This document shows positions 61,387 through 64,000 of a DNA stretch of 64,000 bases, in pieces. The position numbers and the translations under genes were made by a program. Source of the stretch: Cellvibrionales bacterium (GTDB lineage Bacteria > Pseudomonadota > Gammaproteobacteria > Pseudomonadales > GM7GCV1); the NCBI GenBank assembly GCA_014323765.1, contig JACONM010000036.1, forward strand, positions 97-64,096. The letters run 5' to 3'. How positions within the stretch are numbered: the first letter of the stretch is position 1; each line of letters begins with the position of its first letter. The notes beneath the pieces were generated by a model that was given only the letters and a program-made list of their open reading frames with translations, made no database searches and had not been told where the DNA came from.

Positions 61387-63266
61387 CTGGTGTCCAGCAG
61401 TTCGAGGATCTGGGCGCTTTTGGGGGGCAGTTTTAGGGTGGCTAGGGTGACTTTTTTGTCTGCCAGAACATTGCGGGCGCGGGTGGTGCCGGCGAGGTTG
61501 GCTTTGAGGCGGTCGGTGTCCAGCTGGCGCGGTTCAGAGGTGTTGTTTAGGGCGACTAGGATGCGCTGTTCGGCGGTTTCGCGGAAGTAGACGTAGACCC
61601 CGTCGACGGGGGCGTATTGGGTTAGGGTGCCGTGGTGGATGGCTTTTGCGGTTTTGCGCCAGCCGAGTAGTTGGCGGAAGAATTTTTGCATTTGTTTTTG
61701 TTCGGCGGTTAAGCCGCGGCCGGTGAAGGCGTTTATCTGGTCGCCGCGCCAGCCGCCGGGGTAGTCGCTGCGGATGACGCCGTGGTCGTCGCTGCCGGCG
61801 TTGGACATGAGGATTTCGGTGCCGTAGAGAATTTGCGGGATGCCGCGGGTGGTGAAGAGCAGGGTGAGGGCCATGCGGAGTCGATCTGGACGTTCGCCGA
61901 GTTGGGTGAAGAGGCGGCTCATGTCGTGGTTGTCGCCCTTGGTGACGAGGCCGAAGGGGTCGGGGTAGAGGAAGTCGCTGGCGAGGGTTTGGTAGATGCG
62001 GATTAGGCCGCCGTCCCAGGTTTCTTTTTCGGCGTTGAGCGCGTCTATGACCGCTTGTTGCAGGGGGAAGTCGAACAGGGTGGGGAGGGTGGAGCGGTAG
62101 CCGTCGGCGTTTTGTCCGCCGCGTTGCCAGTAGGCGAGGAGGGCGGGGTTTAGGGACCATTCTTCGCCGACGATGTTGAGGTTGGGGTATTCGCGCAGGA
62201 TGCCGGCGGTCCACCAGGCCATGAAATGTTTGTCGCCGTAGGGCCAGGTGTCGACGCGCAGGCCGCTGAGGTTGGCGGTCTCGATCCACCAGATGGCGTT
62301 TTGCAGGAGGTAGGTGGCGAGCTGGGGGTGGTCGTGGTTGAGGTCGGGCATGGATTCGTGGAACCAGCCGCGCTTCATTAGTTCGCGGTCGACTTCGGCG
62401 GCGTGGGGGTCTTGGATGCTTTCGCGGCTGTGGTTGGTGACTTGGAATTTGCCGTTTTGTTCTTTGGGGTTGAGCCAGTCGGATGCGGGGGGGTTGCGCA
62501 CCCAGGGGTGGTTGGAGTCGACGAAATTTGGGACCAGGTCTTTGATTAGCCCGATGCCGCGTTGGCGGGCGGCGGCGGACAATTCTAGATAGGCGGCGGT
62601 GCCGCCGAAGCGGGCGTCTACTTCATAGAGGTCGGTGGCGGCGTAGCCGTGGTAGGAAAAGTCCAGTCGGTTTTTTTGGAGTACGGGGTTTAGCCATAGC
62701 TGGGTGAAACCGAGGTCGGCGAGGTAGTCTAGGTTTGCAGTGATGCCTTGCAGGTCGCCGCCGTGGCGGCCTTGGGGGGCGGTGCGGTCGGGTTTATCGA
62801 GAAAGCCGGGCGGGGCATCGTTGCTGGGGTCGGCGTTGGCGAAGCGGTCTGGGGTGATTAGGTAGATGACATCTGCCGTGGTGAAGCCTTGGCGGTTTGC
62901 TGAGCCGGGTTGGCGGGTTTTGAGGGGGTAGTCCCATTGGGCGATGAGTTGGTCGCCGCGGTAGAAGCGCAGCGGGAGGTTGGCCTGCGTGGTGGCAGGG
63001 TCTATATGGAGGCCGAGAAAGAGGTAATCCGGGCTTTCTAGGCGGGTGGTGCTGCGGAGGCTTGCGGCGGGGTGATCGAGCTCGACGCGGAGGTTGGCGA
63101 TGCCTTCGCCTTGCACCATGAGCTGCAAGTTTGGATTTTGCATGCCGGCCCACCAGTTTGGGGGGTCGATGCGTTGGGGGTCGGCGGTGGCGGGGAGGGC
63201 GATTAGCAGGGCGGCGGCGCAGATTGCGTGCAGGGTCTGGCGGAGGGCGGGGGCGTTAGCTGTCAT
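61383..63266 (-). CDS. GH13 alpha-amylase / cyclomaltodextrinase-type enzyme with Cyc-maltodext_N domain
   Basis: Signal peptide, IDPPNWWAGMQNPNLQLMVQG N-domain, and GH13 regions DLVPNF, GLRVDTWPY, VGEEW and GDNHDM. Confidence 0.88.
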   Translation of the reverse strand: MTANAPALRQTLHAICAAALLIALPATADPQRIDPPNWWAGMQNPNLQLMVQGEGIANLRVELDHPAASLRSTTRLESPDYLFLGLHIDPATTQANLPLRFYRGDQLIAQWDYPLKTRQPGSANRQGFTTADVIYLITPDRFANADPSNDAPPGFLDKPDRTAPQGRHGGDLQGITANLDYLADLGFTQLWLNPVLQKNRLDFSYHGYAATDLYEVDARFGGTAAYLELSAAARQRGIGLIKDLVPNFVDSNHPWVRNPPASDWLNPKEQNGKFQVTNHSRESIQDPHAAEVDRELMKRGWFHESMPDLNHDHPQLATYLLQNAIWWIETANLSGLRVDTWPYGDKHFMAWWTAGILREYPNLNIVGEEWSLNPALLAYWQRGGQNADGYRSTLPTLFDFPLQQAVIDALNAEKETWDGGLIRIYQTLASDFLYPDPFGLVTKGDNHDMSRLFTQLGERPDRLRMALTLLFTTRGIPQILYGTEILMSNAGSDDHGVIRSDYPGGWRGDQINAFTGRGLTAEQKQMQKFFRQLLGWRKTAKAIHHGTLTQYAPVDGVYVYFRETAEQRILVALNNTSEPRQLDTDRLKANLAGTTRARNVLADKKVTLATLKLPPKSAQILELLDTR

Positions 63267-64000
63267 GGTTGGCTCCTAGTAAAAATGTTAGGGGAATGTG
63301 GAGGCGATCTTGCCAAGCCTGCTCATCGTGGGTTTGGCCGGGGAAGACTAGCGAGAGGGAGTCGGCGGCGGTGTAGCCTTTGGTTTGCAGTAGTTGGTCG
63401 ACTTGTTTTTGGTAGGGGGCGTAGTTGGCATCTAGGTCTTGATCGCCGTGGTCAAAATATAGGCGGTGGTGGCCGGCGGGGGGGAGATGGGCGGTTAGGT
63501 AGGCGAGGATCGCGGCGAGGGTTTGCGATTCTTGTGGCGGGGCTAAGCTGGCGGGCCAGTGGGTCGATAGGCAGGCGGCACCGGCGAAGAGGTGGGGGTA
63601 TTCGGTGAGTGCGTAGAGGGAAATCAATGCGCCCATGCTGGAACCCATTAGCCATGCGGAGTCGCGCTGGATGGCAAATTCGCGCTCGATGAAGGGCATG
63701 AGTTCTTCGGTTAGGAAGCGCAGGTAGGCGGCGGATTGGGGTGGGTGGCTGGCGGCTTGCAGGGTGGCGGGTAGGGCGACGAAGGGTTTTTGCGGGAAGT
63801 ATTCGGCATTGCGGCGGGTGGGGCCGCCGTTGTCTATGCCGACGGCGATGAAGGGCGGCACTTGGCCGGCGGCGATTAGTTTGGCGGCGACCTCATCTAT
63901 GCCCCATTCTTGGCCGTTCCATGTGGTGCGGGCATCGAACAGCATTTGGCCGTCTTGCAGGTAGAGGACCGGCAATTTGTGGCCTTGCTGGCGTAATTCG
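63256..64000 (-). CDS. Alpha/beta hydrolase (putative esterase family), 5' end probably beyond the window
   Basis: GSSMGALISLY nucleophile elbow, and PVLYLQDG near the present N-terminus. The ORF is open to the window edge. Confidence 0.7.
   Translation of the reverse strand, partial: ELRQQGHKLPVLYLQDGQMLFDARTTWNGQEWGIDEVAAKLIAAGQVPPFIAVGIDNGGPTRRNAEYFPQKPFVALPATLQAASHPPQSAAYLRFLTEELMPFIEREFAIQRDSAWLMGSSMGALISLYALTEYPHLFAGAACLSTHWPASLAPPQESQTLAAILAYLTAHLPPAGHHRLYFDHGDQDLDANYAPYQKQVDQLLQTKGYTAADSLSLVFPGQTHDEQAWQDRLHIPLTFLLGANHDS

Overview
GC-rich gammaproteobacterial chromosomal window, about 60 genes, mostly core and tightly packed. No rRNA, tRNA or CRISPR was recognised. Gene order from left to right: a truncated pepF remnant abutting a decayed IS1595 transposase; rho-trxA; DUF805; cytochrome c5; comM-ubiK; an NtrC/sigma54-controlled TorF-like porin-glnK-amtB-second PII cluster; serB; an aminotransferase; a REC-PAS-GGDEF-EAL protein; epmB/efp/epmA; comF; a Na/Pi transporter; trhO; an OM barrel plus a thioredoxin-like protein; moxR-DUF58-transglutaminase; lolCDE-comEC-exbBD-lpxK-kdsB-LMW PTP-murB; bfd-bfr; a PQQ sugar dehydrogenase plus an RTX-repeat protein; sspBA; petA plus a fused cytochrome b/c1; rpsI-rplM; zapE; a degS-like protease; hisDG; and a 5-gene alpha-glucan utilisation operon. 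Accessory or unusual content: (1) a low-GC island holding an ABC-type ATPase + DUF4276 pair, inactivated by three in-frame stops and one homopolymer frameshift; (2) a low-GC type II R-M cassette inserted with essentially no spacer between two core genes; (3) an ~8.5 kb block (~36.6-45.0 kb) whose strand composition and third-codon-position usage are the mirror image of the flanks, although gene order and orientation are the conserved ones; (4) a 36-bp identical REP-like double hairpin flanking the dehydrogenase/RTX pair; (5) an orphan gene inserted into the conserved rpsI-petA junction. I found no clear multi-gene system of unknown function. The strongest unexplained signals are the compositional reversal and the decayed defence-like module.
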